In this document: positions 37,037-51,222 of the stretch, in pieces
Position numbering within the stretch: the stretch's first letter is position 1
Layout: every line of letters begins with the position of its first letter
Source: Octopus bimaculoides
Lineage: Eukaryota
Reading direction: 5' to 3'
Length of the DNA stretch: 64,000 nucleotides
Assembly: GCF_001194135.2 (NCBI RefSeq)
Contig: NC_068988.1
Span: forward strand, 19,723,961 to 19,787,960
Notes under the pieces: generated by a model
Told to the model about the DNA's origin: nothing
The model's database searches: none
What the model saw: the letters and a program-made list of their open reading frames with translations, nothing else
Position numbers and translations under genes: made by a program

Positions 37037-38002
37037 GTAAGTGCATTAACACAATGACCCCATCTGCCTTTTTGTCAGGTATTTAAAAATTATTTCCAAC
37101 TTTATATCATCACCAAAGTTCCATTTAACGAAGCTACAAAATTTACAGATTCCATTACCAGTCCCCTTAACATTTTAGAAACCAACATTCAGCCTAAAAT
37201 CATTTAATACACACAAAATGTATACAGATGTAACACATAGTTGCTGGATCTCGGTTTATAAATTTTATTAAAACTCTTCCTTTCTTCTGCCTGGGTTTAT
37301 CATCTCTGTGCACATGTTAGGCTACGTGTTGGTTGCTCAAGTCTTCTGAGACACAAATGTAGTTTGAAAGTAATGCGATCTTTTGAACGAATGAAAAAAA
37401 TCAACATTTCATTTAATTTTATCGGGTATTGAAAATTATCTTCTCTTTTATTTTCTTTACGATTCAACTACAATGTTGATATGAACGAAACCGCATAAAA
37501 TAAGATTCATTTAAGAGTTTCTGTGACTGTAGAAGAAGCAAAGAAATTCCTGAAACAAATTGATACGCACAGTCATTTCGCCAACAAAGCTCATACAACC
37601 ACATACAAAAAACTCTTACGCATGTGCACCTACATCTAAATTCTTATGCGAATCTTTTATTTAAAATCATCATATTTCTTGGCACTTTACAAATATTACT
37701 TGCAATAAGTTGTTTGAAATGCATTATTTCTCTGATAATCGTTAATGTTATTGAAGATTTCACAAAAGTTGTAGCGAATCAAATTAATGGATTTTGTGGT
37801 TTACAGATGTTCGTATGATAGTGTTTTCAGTTCAATTTCCACCACTGCCGACAGAACAATAAAAGGCTGTTTACACATATTCTCCTCACACTAGTTGTGT
37901 TCTGTCTACATATATTACATGAATGCCAAAATATGTAATCAATTTGATTTAAAATTGGTTTCAAATTTTGGCTGGTCAGCTAGTTCGGGAGACGGTGTAA
38001 GG

Positions 38003-38122
38003 ACCCCGAAAGAATGAAGGGCAAATTAACCTCGGCAGAATTTGAGCTCGGAACGTAATGAAGAACGTAATGACGCTAAGCATTATACCCGGCGTGCTAA
38101 CGATTCCGCAAGATTACCGTCT
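38003..38122 (-). mobile_element. SINE family A, 5' part
   Basis: GACCCCGAAAGAATGAAGGGCAAA..CCTCGGCAGAATTTGAGCTC..CCCGGCGTGCTAACGATTC is the reverse complement of the head and core. Confidence 0.85.
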
Positions 38123-38667
38123 TAAATCGATTTAATGTTAGCAAACCTTTTCTCACCACGTTTATTGTCTATTACCTGGCGCCTTTTCATTGCAACTATT
38201 ACTTACATTAAACGTTTTAAAAATTACATACTCTCGTATATCTTCGACTTTTTTCTCTGCTTTACGCATCTCTTATATATTTCAAACATTTTGTATATAT
38301 TTGCTGAAAATTTTCAGACACAAATTCCGCCATGTATTTATTATATTGCTTATTAATGATAAAACAACGAAAATAAAAGATTGGATTTGTAAACTTAATA
38401 TTTTCAAATATTTAGGTTATGGCATTATCTAGTAACCTTTCCGCAGCAAACCACTATGTTTATTTATTAAATCTTCAGTGCTTCAGTAGATAACCATATT
38501 GGATTTTGACAGAATGCCATTTAGCCCAAGGCAGTGTGGAGATATTTTCTCCACCTGCACATATGGAGACAACGAAGTTAGACTTCTGTTACGCAACTTG
38601 ACATCATAATTCTATAACGATGTCATATACGCGTACGATAACTTATTTTAAATTATGAGCAAATATA

Positions 38668-38820
38668 AGAGAGCGAGGTGACAGAAGCTTTAGCACACCG
38701 GACGAAATACTTAGCAGCATATCGTCCATCTTAGTTATGAGCCCAGCTTCTGCTGAGACCGAATTTTCCGTTCAATCTTTGGGGGTTCATAAAAAAAGAA
38801 CCAGTTGATCACTGGGGACG
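38668..38820 (+). mobile_element. SINE family A, diverged
   Basis: TTAGCACACCGGACGAAATACTTAGC head and degenerate core. Confidence 0.65.
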
Positions 38821-40373
38821 GCATACTCCTAGGTGTTAGTATATAAAAATACTGCATCCCTTTGCCCAGCCATACGGAGCTAGTGTAACAGACTAAGCTC
38901 ATAAATCGAGTATGATCTCAAATATTTCTCTGGTGCAGGGAACATGCTGAGGCTTTCATCCTGCAATGGACTGAGCATGGAAAATCCAATTCACAAACAT
39001 CATACACACATGCGTACAGAAACAAAGATTTGCATTTTTCTTATCAAAGAAGGCTAACCTGTGACCTTTCACAGGGCCTCCGAAATGAGAGGGTGTATAG
39101 AAAGTACCTTCAAAGTAGAGTTACGTGCTGATAAATGCTTCAGCAAAGTGGTTAAACTACTTTGCATGTTTAGCACATTCTGGCAACCAAGTTAGGATAA
39201 AAGATATTGGAGCATTAACAGTTTTTTTGTGTGTTTTTCTTTCAATATTATATTGTACTACAGAATGTGACTGTCAACATTTTAGTCAACACCATATTTT
39301 TAAGCAGCTACATTGCCTAAAACTGTACGTAGAGAAATATTCTGTACTGTTTTTTTTTACATCCCCGTAAGTTAGTTTTGAATAAAATGAAACCGATACA
39401 AGTACCAGACTTTAAAAAAATACTGGAGTCCATTCGTTCTACTAAAAAAGTTCTGCAAAGGATATGCTCCGGCATGACCGCAGCTTCTTGACATTAACGG
39501 ATAAAAGATAAAAGATATTTAATACTGAATTCGCGCAAGTTTTGCTTCCATTCTCCTTGAGGTGTATATAGATGGAATACACTGTAGGTCTGAGATTTGA
39601 ATAAAGATTTTTGTTTTGTAGAACCTTTGCCGTTGCTGTGTGACTGGAGTTAATGCAGCCATCTTTCCTTTAGACATTTATTAAATTATATTCTCTTGTA
39701 TTCCTTCTACTTTTAATCTTCGATGTTGAAATAAATCACACCACATAAAAGAAAATCATTAACACATTGTTTAACATTAAAGAAATCACCAAACACCTCT
39801 AGAACTTCTCACTTTCTCACTCACACACATTCACATTGTGGACATTTTATAATACCCGCACGTACACACGTATACTTTAGCGCTCACATATATCACATAT
39901 GATGAACAAAACCAAAAGTAAGAATATCTAGTGGAATACAAAATGCAATAAACAGAGGATCACACAGAATTTCAGAGTTTCCGTTAACGATAAATATAAT
40001 GGAAGATGATATTTTTAATTGATACTTCGCATTTTTATTTTGTAGACAGATTTGTATCGTTGTCGAGAAAGATATTTTCCAGCCTTGAAACTCACTTTTC
40101 AATAAGACTTCTTTACCCAGCAAAATATTTCTAACATATTCAGCAGTGATATAAAGACATAGACTCTTCTGTTAGTTAACACGCGAGGAAGTCTTGCAAT
40201 TCCATCCGCAAAATGAAATTGTGATAAACTATACTCGATTACTAGGAATGTCTTGTATAAATTAACATTCCCCCGACTATTGCAGAGGTTACTGACGTTA
40301 ATGAATTTAATGAAACTCTAGTTCTGGGATAAAATAAAGTGGTAAAAGTCAAAATTGGCATTGGTGAGAAACA

Positions 40374-41853
40374 TATAAGCGTCTGCTGGAACGTTCATAG
40401 GCTGACCAAGATTCTTTCATGCAATGGGAACAAATGAGGTTTATTTTTCAACATGGTCCCCCTTACGGCCCACAGGCTTCTTCCATCGGCGCTGCAGTGC
40501 ATATAGCTCATTGAGGAAGAAGTTATCATTCTGTTGGTCACAAAAGTCAACAACAGCAGATATGAGGTCATCATCACTGCGTTACTGGTTCCCAGGCAAA
40601 TGATTAGATAATCTTGGGTAACAATTGTTAGACAGATGAAGCCAAATCAGGGAAACAAGGGTTGTAATCAAGCAGTTCAAAGTCAGCGAAGACGTGTAGC
40701 TTAATGGTTAGGAGTGTTAGACTCATGATCGTAAGATTGTGGTTTCGATTCCTGGACCGAGCGACGCATTGTTTTCTTGAGCAAAACATTTCATTACACA
40801 TTGGTCCAGTCTACTCAGCTGGCAAAAAGCAGTAATCCTGAGATGGACCAGCGTCCCATCCCGGTGGAGAATATATACGCTATGGAAACCGGCGAACCAG
40901 CCATTATGAGTCGGCATGCCTCGTGAAGGAAACTGTTTTTTTAGCTCAAAGCCACAGTCGCACACAACAGCAATTGAGACCAAGGACGTGTGTGCTGGAG
41001 AATTGCCCCGAAGAAACAGTACCCCCTTTCGTCAGTTTTTCTCTTTCACCATGCTGAGGTAACATTTGAAGTTAGTCAATGAACACGATGATTTGTCGTC
41101 CCTAAAAACTGAGGCCGTTACTTTCCCTGCCAATGAAACGACACCGGCCGGTAAAGAGTGGGGCGTTGCACTGCATGGATCGTTTCCTTGTCTCTTGCTC
41201 AAGCGATGAACCCAGCATTCATTCTAGGATAAGAAGCGTACAAAGAATATTGCTGAACCTGCTTAAAATAATGTCAGATATTCCCGTGATGTCTTCAATC
41301 TGGTGTGCAGTTGATAAGGCGTTTGAACACGTGGCATCCACGGAACAGAAACCTTCGTCATACCAAGCAGATTGTACAGAATATTCTCAACTCACTCACG
41401 GGCTATACTAATAGCATTCGCTATTTGATTTATAGTAAATCGCCTCTAATCCATAACCATTTGGTGAACACGATCAATGTTTTCTTCGGTGGTGGTAGTT
41501 TCATAATTCCCACACCTTGGGTCATCTTCAAGATTTACCTTTCCTCACCTAATTTCAGCTGCCAATTTTTACACTGTCGATACGAGTGATGACGCTTGTA
41601 AGACAGGAGCATCATCTCCTTACGTATCAATCATGTGACATCAAATGTGGGTTAAACCCTTTTTCTGCATGTACTTGACACCACTACGTTTCCAAATTCT
41701 GTCCCTTTTTAAGAGAAGACGTTACCAATTACATCTGAAGTGTTTTCTGAACAGTCAGATATTAGTTTACCTGGAAATACTTAATACAGTTTTTGATAAG
41801 AATGGTTGCAATTAATGCATCCAAGTTTTAACAGCTGTAGCAGCACTTCTTCA
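40374..41853 (-). mobile_element. near full-length decayed mariner element interrupted by a SINE
   Basis: Minus-strand frames: GDDAP, LEDDPR, EENIDRVHQMVMD, AGKVTASVF, CGFEL..FPDLASS, SDDDLISAV, ALQRRWKKPVGRKGDHVEK*. About 1.2 kb once the SINE is removed. Termini are only weakly TIR-like. Confidence 0.85.
40686..40942 (+). mobile_element. tRNA-derived SINE, family E
   Basis: TAGCTTAATGG A-box and GGTTTCGATTCC B-box. Degenerate 12-bp TSD AGTTCAAAGTCA / AGCTCAAAGCCA. Confidence 0.85.
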
Positions 41854-42401
41854 TAGATAGCATATGAAATTTTCAGCTCACTCGTAACTAAATACAGTAG
41901 GTATTTTCTAGGCCGCCTTCAAGATATTCCACTAGAAAACACGCGCGCCAGCACAAACGTGTTAAAGGAGGCAGGCACATTCTCTGATACACAAACGTTC
42001 TCATTTGTGACTACATAGCAAGGGAGTGCCTGAGCATAATAAATAAATAATTGGGTGATGATTACGAGACAAACCGTGGTATTATAGGTAGGTGATATGT
42101 AGTGATCGTAATTATAAGATGAAAAAGAAAAAAATCCTGAGAGAACTCATGTGGAAGATCAACAAAGAATTGATAGGTGTGTTGAGGAGAAAGCTGAGAA
42201 TGTTGTGTGTTCAGAGATGAAGTGTGTCAGGCTATGAAATATAATTGGAGATATACTTGGAGATAATTGATGACCAATTTTGAATCATGGTAACATGAAT
42301 ATTAGCGCACTCTAAGAGCAAATTCTAGGTGGATGGTGATGAAAATGATGAGGATGCGGTCGACGATGGCAGTTATGAGCTCAATGTTAATGGTGCTAGT
42401 A

Positions 42402-42610
42402 TAGGGGGCGAGCTGGCAGAATCATGAGCACGCCAGGCAAATTGTTTAGCGGTATTTTGTTGGTCTTTGCGTTTTGAGCTCAAATTCCGCCCTAGCAACT
42501 TTGAATATCATCATATTGATAAAAAGAATACCAGTTGAGCACTAGGGTCAATGTAATTTACTTACACCCTATCTGAACTTGCTATACTTATGTCATAATT
42601 TGAAATCAAT
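42402..42610 (+). mobile_element. SINE family A
   Basis: GGCGAGCTGGCAGAATC head, GAGCTCAAATTCC B-box. Confidence 0.85.
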
Positions 42611-45232
42611 GATAATGTTGTAATGATGATAACTGCAAGGGGGGGGGGACATTAAGTTGATATTATATTCCTCTAGGTATAAATTACGTCTCTTCAATAT
42701 TTCACATTTTCAGCAGTCCTTGTGTTGAAGTAAAATATTTTCCCTTATAATAGCAAGTATTATTTATTAAGTCGTTTCTACTATAAAGTAAGCGTGGATG
42801 ATTTGATTTCTGCATATATTTTCATCCAGCGAGACATAAAAATTAAAGTTGACTCTCGCTTTAATTAAGTCTTTTTCTGTTATGAGAAAGAAATTTAATT
42901 AAAGTATGCAAGTCATAAATATTCCATTATTCTGCTTTTCAAAAACGATTCAAATTATTTAGTTATATTATATATTTTATGACGTAAGTCATAAATATTT
43001 CCTTCCATTGTTGAATAGGAATTGTATATTGGGAAATGATTTAAAGGAATGATGAAGTAATTATGTGAACTCATTAATATACACAATAGAGAGGCTAATT
43101 ATCTCGTGAAAGTTTAGATGTAATCTCCAAGATGCTGAATAAAATTCCCACCATATCCGTGTCAATACAAGCACACATTCCATGGGGACGATACAACAAA
43201 TAGCAGTTAATTACTCCATTCAATCCATGTGAACTCTTCCTAGCACTCAGTTGGTCAGGTGACAAAATATGATATCAGTATTGTTCAATAATTTCAATAT
43301 TCTTATATATTACTCAACGTGAGTATAAACTGTGTTTCTGAAAGCGCATTTTAAGGCAACTCAGGATTATATAATAAACAATATCGAGGGGTTTACGAAG
43401 TAAGACGGGTATTGATACAATTTAATTGGAAAATAACTGTGTAATAAAAAAAAATGGTAGTCATGTTTTTCAAAATCATAAGGTATGTGTGTTAATTGCT
43501 ACATGAGTATGTTTTAGCCCTGAAGCTATTTTCGTTTCATTTAGCCCCTTGCACTGATTGACACTGGTAATGCGAAATACGTAAGACGTAGTTTAAATAA
43601 TATATGGCGAAAGTAATACATCATTGGGTTTCTATAACACACAAGGCCACGTTTATGTGTAAAATGCAAGATATGAATTCCTTTATACTATATGACAAAA
43701 TAGAATGAGTTCATCAACAATATAAGATAGTGATTGCCTGATTTAGACAAATGGTTGTAGCTGTCATATTTCATGTACAAACTTAATACCGAAAGTAAAT
43801 GTGTAAACATTACTTACTCTCACATACCACTCACATTTTCCTGTTTTTCTTAACATTTTAACATCAATGTTTGTAAAAAAAACATGAATACTTCATTCTT
43901 TGATAAATACCGTATTAAAGATTTTGCAAATGTTTGTTACGGTCTTTTTTAAAGAGAGGAATATTATTTCATATTTTTCTAATATATATATAGTTGAATT
44001 TGAAATGAATAGAATTTAGATTTAAAAGTGAAATATTTCCATTGCAATTTACTGTTAGTCATATTTTATGCGCAGAAACCTGATTCTTTTATTTTGCATT
44101 TGATACTGTCTATAGTTTAGAAAATAACAAGTTTGAAATTATGCATTTTCTTTTGCCTACTTTTATCGAAGAGGTCATTGAGGAGTGCCAGCAATAAGTA
44201 TGCTTGCTTGACAGCTTTAGAGATTCTCCAAATACTAAGTACATAGAAATTAAAATTAACTGAATTCGTGTCACATGCAGACAATATATTTCTCTGTATA
44301 TAGCCGCACATACGTACACACATACAACCATAAAAAACTATCTGAATATATGTATATGTGCGTTTGTATTTGTGTGCACATAGGATTCAGGAAACTTTCA
44401 AGTCCATTTTTGAAAGGTCAATGTTTCTAGTGACTTTTAACACATTTTTGATTGACTCTGACCTAGTTGTTTTTATGTAAGTGGGCATTCTGTTATGTCT
44501 CCAGATATTAAATCTAATTATATTTCCTTTTCAAAATACAACGCAATTTTACGACTTGGCTCAAGTTAAATTGTTTAACGCCCTGTTGGAATACAACTGT
44601 ATATGGAGCATAAATAATACGCATTACATCGCAACTGCCATCAGCGAGATATTGACTTCATTTTTTAAACTACTTTTATATCTTAATGACTGTCATTTGA
44701 GAGTTAAAGTACCAATATCGTCCGTAGTGCTTTGGGTGTTGGCAAAATTGCATGCAGTATACGTAACAATTTTCGTTTAAATGGTAACTTCTACTGTTCT
44801 TAAGAAGCCACCATTTGTTAGATACTGAGTTTGATGTATAAAGTACGGTTAGGTTTCAAAGAATGTTATTAGGGTTTATGAGTAACGAAAATAATTGCAC
44901 TGGCTGTAGACAAATAAGAGCTTAGTGCTTTAAGTCTGTGAATTTCAAATCCAGGATTCTGAATAATACATTAAATCTATTATATCACTATTTTTCAATG
45001 AAGAGTAGTCTCTGTTTATGAAGAGTAATCTGTGTTATGGTTGTCATCGGTTCTTCATTTCTATTTCTTTCTGTTTTTTAGATGCAATGGGAATTACTCT
45101 CCTCATTATATTTCTACATCCACAAATGATATCTTAGGATTTATATCGACTTATGGCTCAAAAAAATTACGGGATCAACATGGATTCTAAAAATTTCTTA
45201 ATCATTGTTGTTAATTACACTTGTTGTTTCAG

Positions 45233-45307
45233 GTCGTATACCATCCCAATTGCTAAGATCGAACCTATTGTGGCTATGTCAATTTAAATCGGACAGACTA
45301 AGAGGAT
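45233..45307 (+). other. candidate exon (75 nt)
   Basis: TTGTTGTTTCAG acceptor, GAT|GTGAGT donor. Open only in phase 1 (GRIPSQLLRSNLLWLCQFKSDRLRG). Confidence 0.2.
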
Positions 45308-45690
45308 GTGAGTACCACATCTGGAGTTCTTGAGAAAATTTACAACACCCAACGTTTATTCAGTTAGTCATTTACCAGTTGTCTTCTTTCTTTTTTTTCT
45401 ACTTTTCGTAACCAGTGTAAAAAAAACGAATGAAACTAAATAAATCAAATCACTAAAAATTTCTAAACTAAATAAATCAAATCACTAAAAATTTCTTTAT
45501 ATTTCAAGTCTCCAACGAAAAAGCTGAAACCATATGATACACACACACATATATACATATAAACGCACAACGGGATATACAGAGTTATCTTAATACCCAT
45601 ACACGCATGCATACATACAAACACATTACAGTAATACATGCATGCATACGTACAAACACATTACAGTAATACACTGACACATAAATTGTC

Positions 45691-45727
<37 letters not shown>

Positions 45728-46754
45728 AATATATATGTATAAATGCGTAATGTGTGTGAGTATATATATATGTATATAGATGTGTGTATGTGTATGTACG
45801 TATGTGTGTGCTTGTGAGTCTTGTAGAAAAGCGAAAGAAAAGCTAATGATAAATAGTGAAATAAATTTTTTTAAATTATTTTATTTCAAATTTTAGAGGA
45901 ACTGTTCAACAAGATGTATGGCTGAGATGGAAACAATATATCTTATTGGCGCCATAATGTATTTGCAAGGTGTCCGGCTGTGTCAAGGCAGACGATGAGA
46001 CTCTTAACCAGACAGTCTCAATAGAAGAAACCTATTGGTTCCAATTAGAGTCTCAAATAGACTTTTATTTAAGAAAAAAAACAAAAAACAAGACATTACT
46101 TCTAAGCTGCTGACAACCATATTTACTCGTAATATCGTGGCTAGTTAACATATTGTTCCTCTGAATAAATAATGTTGTTGCTGTTAATCTAGAAATGATA
46201 GACACGGTATAGGATCTAGTTAAACATTTTGCAGTATTTCAAATGATTCTTTTCTTTCTCACCTCAAATCACCACACAGTAATTTTTTTTATATTCGCTT
46301 ACTCCAATGTCATTATAATATATAACAACAGGGTACCTAAGCAGAATTAATCGATCTTGACACAGTTGACATACGTGGCTTATAAATTCAGAACTTCATG
46401 TGATGTAACTGAATACTAAAACATATTTTCTGTATGATCTAGATATTCTCGCTCCTATACACACTCACACATGCACACACGCAAATACACGTTCAAACAT
46501 GCTTATGCAAACACCATGCACATATATATATATATCAGTACATCAACATCTCAGTGCAAGAATACTACTGATGACCGGGTAATGCATGTAGTTCATGTCT
46601 ACTGAGTCAACGTTATGCAGTTGAGTGCGTTTGTACTCTGTGCATCATGTAAGACGATGGCGTATCATAATTAACAGGTGTCGTATAACAGTAATAGAGA
46701 CTACTAATCAAATGCTTGAAAGTCAGCAGTTTGAACTAGAATCCGAAATGTTAT

Positions 46755-46963
46755 TGGTTCGAAATACTGGCAAAAGCCCAGTAATTTTGGTGGAATGGAT
46801 ATGACGATTACATCAACGCCAGTGATTAACTGGTATTTTATCGATTCTGGAACGATGAAATGCAAAGTGAACCTCGACGGAATTTGAGCTATGTATGTAA
46901 AGATGGATGAGATGTTGCTAAGAATTTTACCCTCCATACTAACGATTCTGCCTCTTCACCGGT
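46755..46963 (-). mobile_element. SINE family A
   Basis: Reverse-complement match to the core (CTGGTATTTTATCGA..GATGAAATGCAAAGTGAACCTCGACGGAATTTGAGCT). Confidence 0.8.
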
Positions 46964-48368
46964 TTAGAATCCGAAATAATATTACATATTTAAAATATTT
47001 AATTAAAACTAAAAATCTCTAAATATTTTCTTTACTATCTTAGCAGGCAATAACTTGTTTAATAAAATGGTGTTTCTTTGATTAAATTTGGTTTTGATGA
47101 ATTGAGAGTAAGGGAAGCGGAACGATCAATCATGTTGCTGCATTCAAAACAACCCATCCCGTATTGTGAATTTAAATCATACCGCTGCCGGTTTCAAAAG
47201 TAATGCTTCCCTTTCAATGAAATACAATATATATCAATACAGAAGAGAAATAGGTTCCGTCGATTTCGAAAAAATCATATTATAGAAGGAATTTGAATTC
47301 AAAACGTCAAAGATCATAGAGAATTACTTCATCTCGTCCTATTAGTGTTCTCCAAATTCTTCCCTCTGTATTCCAGGATATCTCCGTCTCTGCGTGAAGG
47401 GAGTCGCTGAAAATTACAGAAGCTATTCTGCAATGTTTATCAGATATACAGCCATGATATTATGGATAAGTAAAGAGTGTAGATAACACGTAACAAAGAG
47501 GTGACATGAAAACACTTGTAGTTCATCAATGGAATATTAAGGATCATTGTGTTCATTGTGATCCAAGAAGAAGTGAAACAGTATGGATATGATTTGAGAT
47601 ATATTATACTGGAGGGCAATAGCAATTTATGAACAGCAACATTAGACGATCAGAGATAAAATTGCATATAATCGATCACAAAAGCTTTTTAACGTTAATA
47701 GTGTTTCTGAGGAAGCGTCTTACCTGCTCTGCTCCTGATATATATATATATATATATATTTGCGTAGATTTTTTTCCTCTCGATGTGTAATGGCAATTAT
47801 TACGTCATAAAAGAAACATTCCATCAGTAAATTATATTTCATTTCTAAGTGAAATGCTATATCGACATGAAACAGAATCCTAATTATAAGATGTCATAAA
47901 GTGATATTGATTTGTTTTTTACATCGATTTCTAACAAGTAATTGATCGGGAAGTGCTATAGCTAATAGAATCCTCCTCAAAGTTCCGCAGAGTTTTATCG
48001 ACTCACACTAGGACGATGAGTTTAGTAAACCTTTGTGGAAATGGAACTCAGCATTAAATAATGCCAGTAAATATTCAAACAAAATTTTGAGGCCAATATC
48101 TGTAAACAGGATGAAATTATTGAATTAATGTATATGAATTAGTTTCGAGTTTTGATTTCAAAAGTAGATGTGCTTGCTTCATGCTCTAGCTTGAAGGGGC
48201 TTGGTAGATACCAGATTGGGAACCCAAAGATTTCATAAGAAGGTCCAGCAGTACTCACCAAAGAGAGTCTTGACGTAATAGACCTCTATATTATGAATGG
48301 AATAAATTTTTGAAATTGCCTTCTTGAATTCTTAATATTCTTTTTGTAGTTCTTTTTAGCAAATACCG

Positions 48369-48745
48369 TTTATCTTTCACTCGATTCAGTCATTGAACTG
48401 CGGCAATATTGGAGGGTTTAGTCGAACAAATCGGCTCCAGTGCGTATTTTAAAGCCTGGTCTTAGTTCTGTTTTACTTCTTTGCTTAGACACTAGCTAGA
48501 GAGGATGTAAACAAACCAACACCTATTGTCAAGAATTGGTGCAGGGTGGCAAACAGAGATGCAGACAATTACACACATACGTATGTGTGTAGGGGGTGTT
48601 TACAACGGACTTCCACACCATCTCCGCCTACAAAATTCAATCGCAAGGCATTTTTATGCCAGGGCAATAGTAGAAGCCACTTGTCCAAGGTTATATACAA
48701 TGGGACTGAACCCGAAACCCCCGTTACTGCAAATCAAGCTTCATG
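48369..48745 (-). mobile_element. SINE family C, diverged
   Basis: Collinear with 35231-35670. Confidence 0.75.
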
Positions 48746-50178
48746 ACCTCAATTCAAAGCCCCGTTGAAGAAGAAATTAAATTTTGTGTAAAATTATTAA
48801 GAATGAATATAATTATTACTGATTGAAGCATTATTAATTTCAAGGAAATACGTGCTTGTAATATTTCTAAAACGAATTATATGATTGTTTACAAAATAAT
48901 GAGCTTTCATTTGGTAAAATTAGAAGCAATAACAGCAGAAAATATTCCTAATGAGTAACGACGCAGGTTAACTAATGCAGATTTTGACAGAATAATTAAA
49001 GAAACATTGAAATGCATTTTGATTCGGTATTCCACCTGTACAAAAGTCTGAGATAGCTACCAACGTATTTCATTATGTTCTACGCGTTATCTTCTGCTAT
49101 TGATTCAGACACCGATTGCAATGGGTTTTAGATCATATTACAAATGAAATCGCTGAAATTGGCTATTTCGAGTTTTTGGTGGGAATAAGATTTATGTTAT
49201 TTGTCGGAAATTTAATAATAAACGTCAGCTGCAGCTTAAAACAAATTGCGGTAGAATTATTGAATTAGTTAAAATAGACTGTATTTTTGATCCTTGGTGA
49301 GTTTCTTGCAGCCTCCCTATTGCTAAAGTTGGTCATCCTTTTTGACAGACACATTATACAACTTCCTCCAAAGATGAGAAGTTTTCTGCAATGTAAAAAC
49401 TATTGAAAATAAATCAATTATAGAGATTTGGCGTCGATGATTGACGTTTGGTGTAAACAATCATTAATATGAAATGCATTACAAAGAAGACAATTGAGCT
49501 TTCAGAAAGGCAGATAAAATTCATCAGTCGCACAATTAATTTGTTTATACAATTAAAAATAGTTGTGATGTTCATAAAAATGAAATTAATGGACAAACAT
49601 CAACCGATGCTTTCAAATCCTCAAAATTTGAAGACACGAAAGCATTAATGGGCTGCATAATTGATCAAACGAAGACAACGTAATTGAAACCACGACACGA
49701 TCAAAAGGGCTGATATTAAAACACATGCATACACACATATATGCATTTATATATGTGAATACATACATGTATACACACACACATATATACATGTATATAT
49801 ATATATATATAAACATATACACGCACTATGTATATATGTGTGTGTGGACGTGTATGTGTATATGTGTGTGTATGTTTACACATGAACGTGTCTGCATATG
49901 TGTGCGTATCTGTGTATATGCGGGAGAGATTTTATATTACACATCGTTGAAAATGGGTGACGTGTGGTTCGCTAGGGAAAATCATAGAAGAAAAGAGGCA
50001 CGAATTCAAGAAATACCTAAAATCTAATACTCGAAACGTATTCATATCCACATACGTTATACGAGCAGGTGTTAAATGTGATGGCGTGAAAGGGTCACCA
50101 TCCTGATATGGGATATTAAACTAGATGGAGTGCATCATTGTCCTGATTTGGGCAAAAATGATTTGATTGATAGAAGAA

Positions 50179-50180
<2 letters not shown>

Positions 50181-50224
<44 letters not shown>

Positions 50225-50302
50225 GAGAGAGGGAGAGAGAGGGAGAGAGAGGGAGAGAGAGAGAGGGAGAGAGAGGGGGGAGGGAGAGAGGGGGGATAGA
50301 GA
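50181..50302. repeat. (AG)n / (AGGG)n polypurine tract
   Basis: Directly visible. Confidence 0.95.
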
Positions 50303-51222
50303 GAAACAAAGATCCAGAAATAGAGAGAAGCAATCCGTAATTGTCCTATACTGATACATTAATTTTTTATATTTCTTTCAGTTATTAAACGGGAGCCAAA
50401 CACAAATACATGTTCACACACACCTACCTACATATATACATATGTATTCATAAACACACACATACACACACACACATACAAATACACACACACAAACACA
50501 CAAACTCATATAGATATATGTTTAAAAAAATATAGATAAACCTATTCAAGAAAACAAAAACAGGTGTAAGACACAACAAAGTGTATTAATACATTACTCA
50601 GGAAAAATAGAAGAAGACTTTAACGTTTCGAGCTTACGCTCTTCTACACAAAGAAATGAGAAGGGAAAACAGATGGAGAGAGGAAAAGGCTGGAGAGGAA
50701 AAGAAGAAAAAACAACGAATCTGAATTACCACTGTTACATTCTCTATATACCAAAAAGAAAGAACTGCCTGGAGACGTATTGGGGCGGACAAGTGAGACA
50801 ACAGCGACATTGCATGTGTGTGCGTGTGTGTGCGTGTGTGTGCGTGTGTGTGTATGTGTAGATAATCTGTGCGTGTAACAAATTCACTCACATGCCCTAG
50901 ACAGGCCTGGTGATATAAAAGAACACGATTTCCCCCAGTGCTGTGTGGTGATGCTGAACAAATGACGTGGTTGCAAAGCGCGCTTCTTAATGACACAATC
51001 ATTGTGTCCGAAGTTCAAAGGATTTTCTCAAATGTTCACTTAAATAAAGAACGCAATATTCAAATGAAATAATTTTTCGTTGAAGGTACGTAACAAGAAG
51101 AACCACACAAATTGTGAAAGTAAATCGAAATACGGTTTGCCGAAGCAGACGGCATACTGGCAGAACCGTTATCGTGCCGGAAACATGACTAGTAGCAATT
51201 CTCCTGAATTTATTTTCAAGGC

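Noticed and set aside
45895-46010. Acceptor followed by signal-peptide-like MAEMETIYLIGAIMYLQGVRLCQG
   Set aside because: No convincing donor before the stop, and joining to the 45233 exon creates a stop codon.
45996-46055. Inverted repeat TGAGACTCT..AGAGTCTCA as a possible pre-miRNA
   Set aside because: Only the outer 9 bp and an inner 5 bp pair; the middle is too poorly paired for a Dicer substrate.
50914-50939. TATAAAAG plus Inr-like CCAGT
   Set aside because: Spacing is shorter than canonical and such motifs are common by chance in AT-rich DNA.
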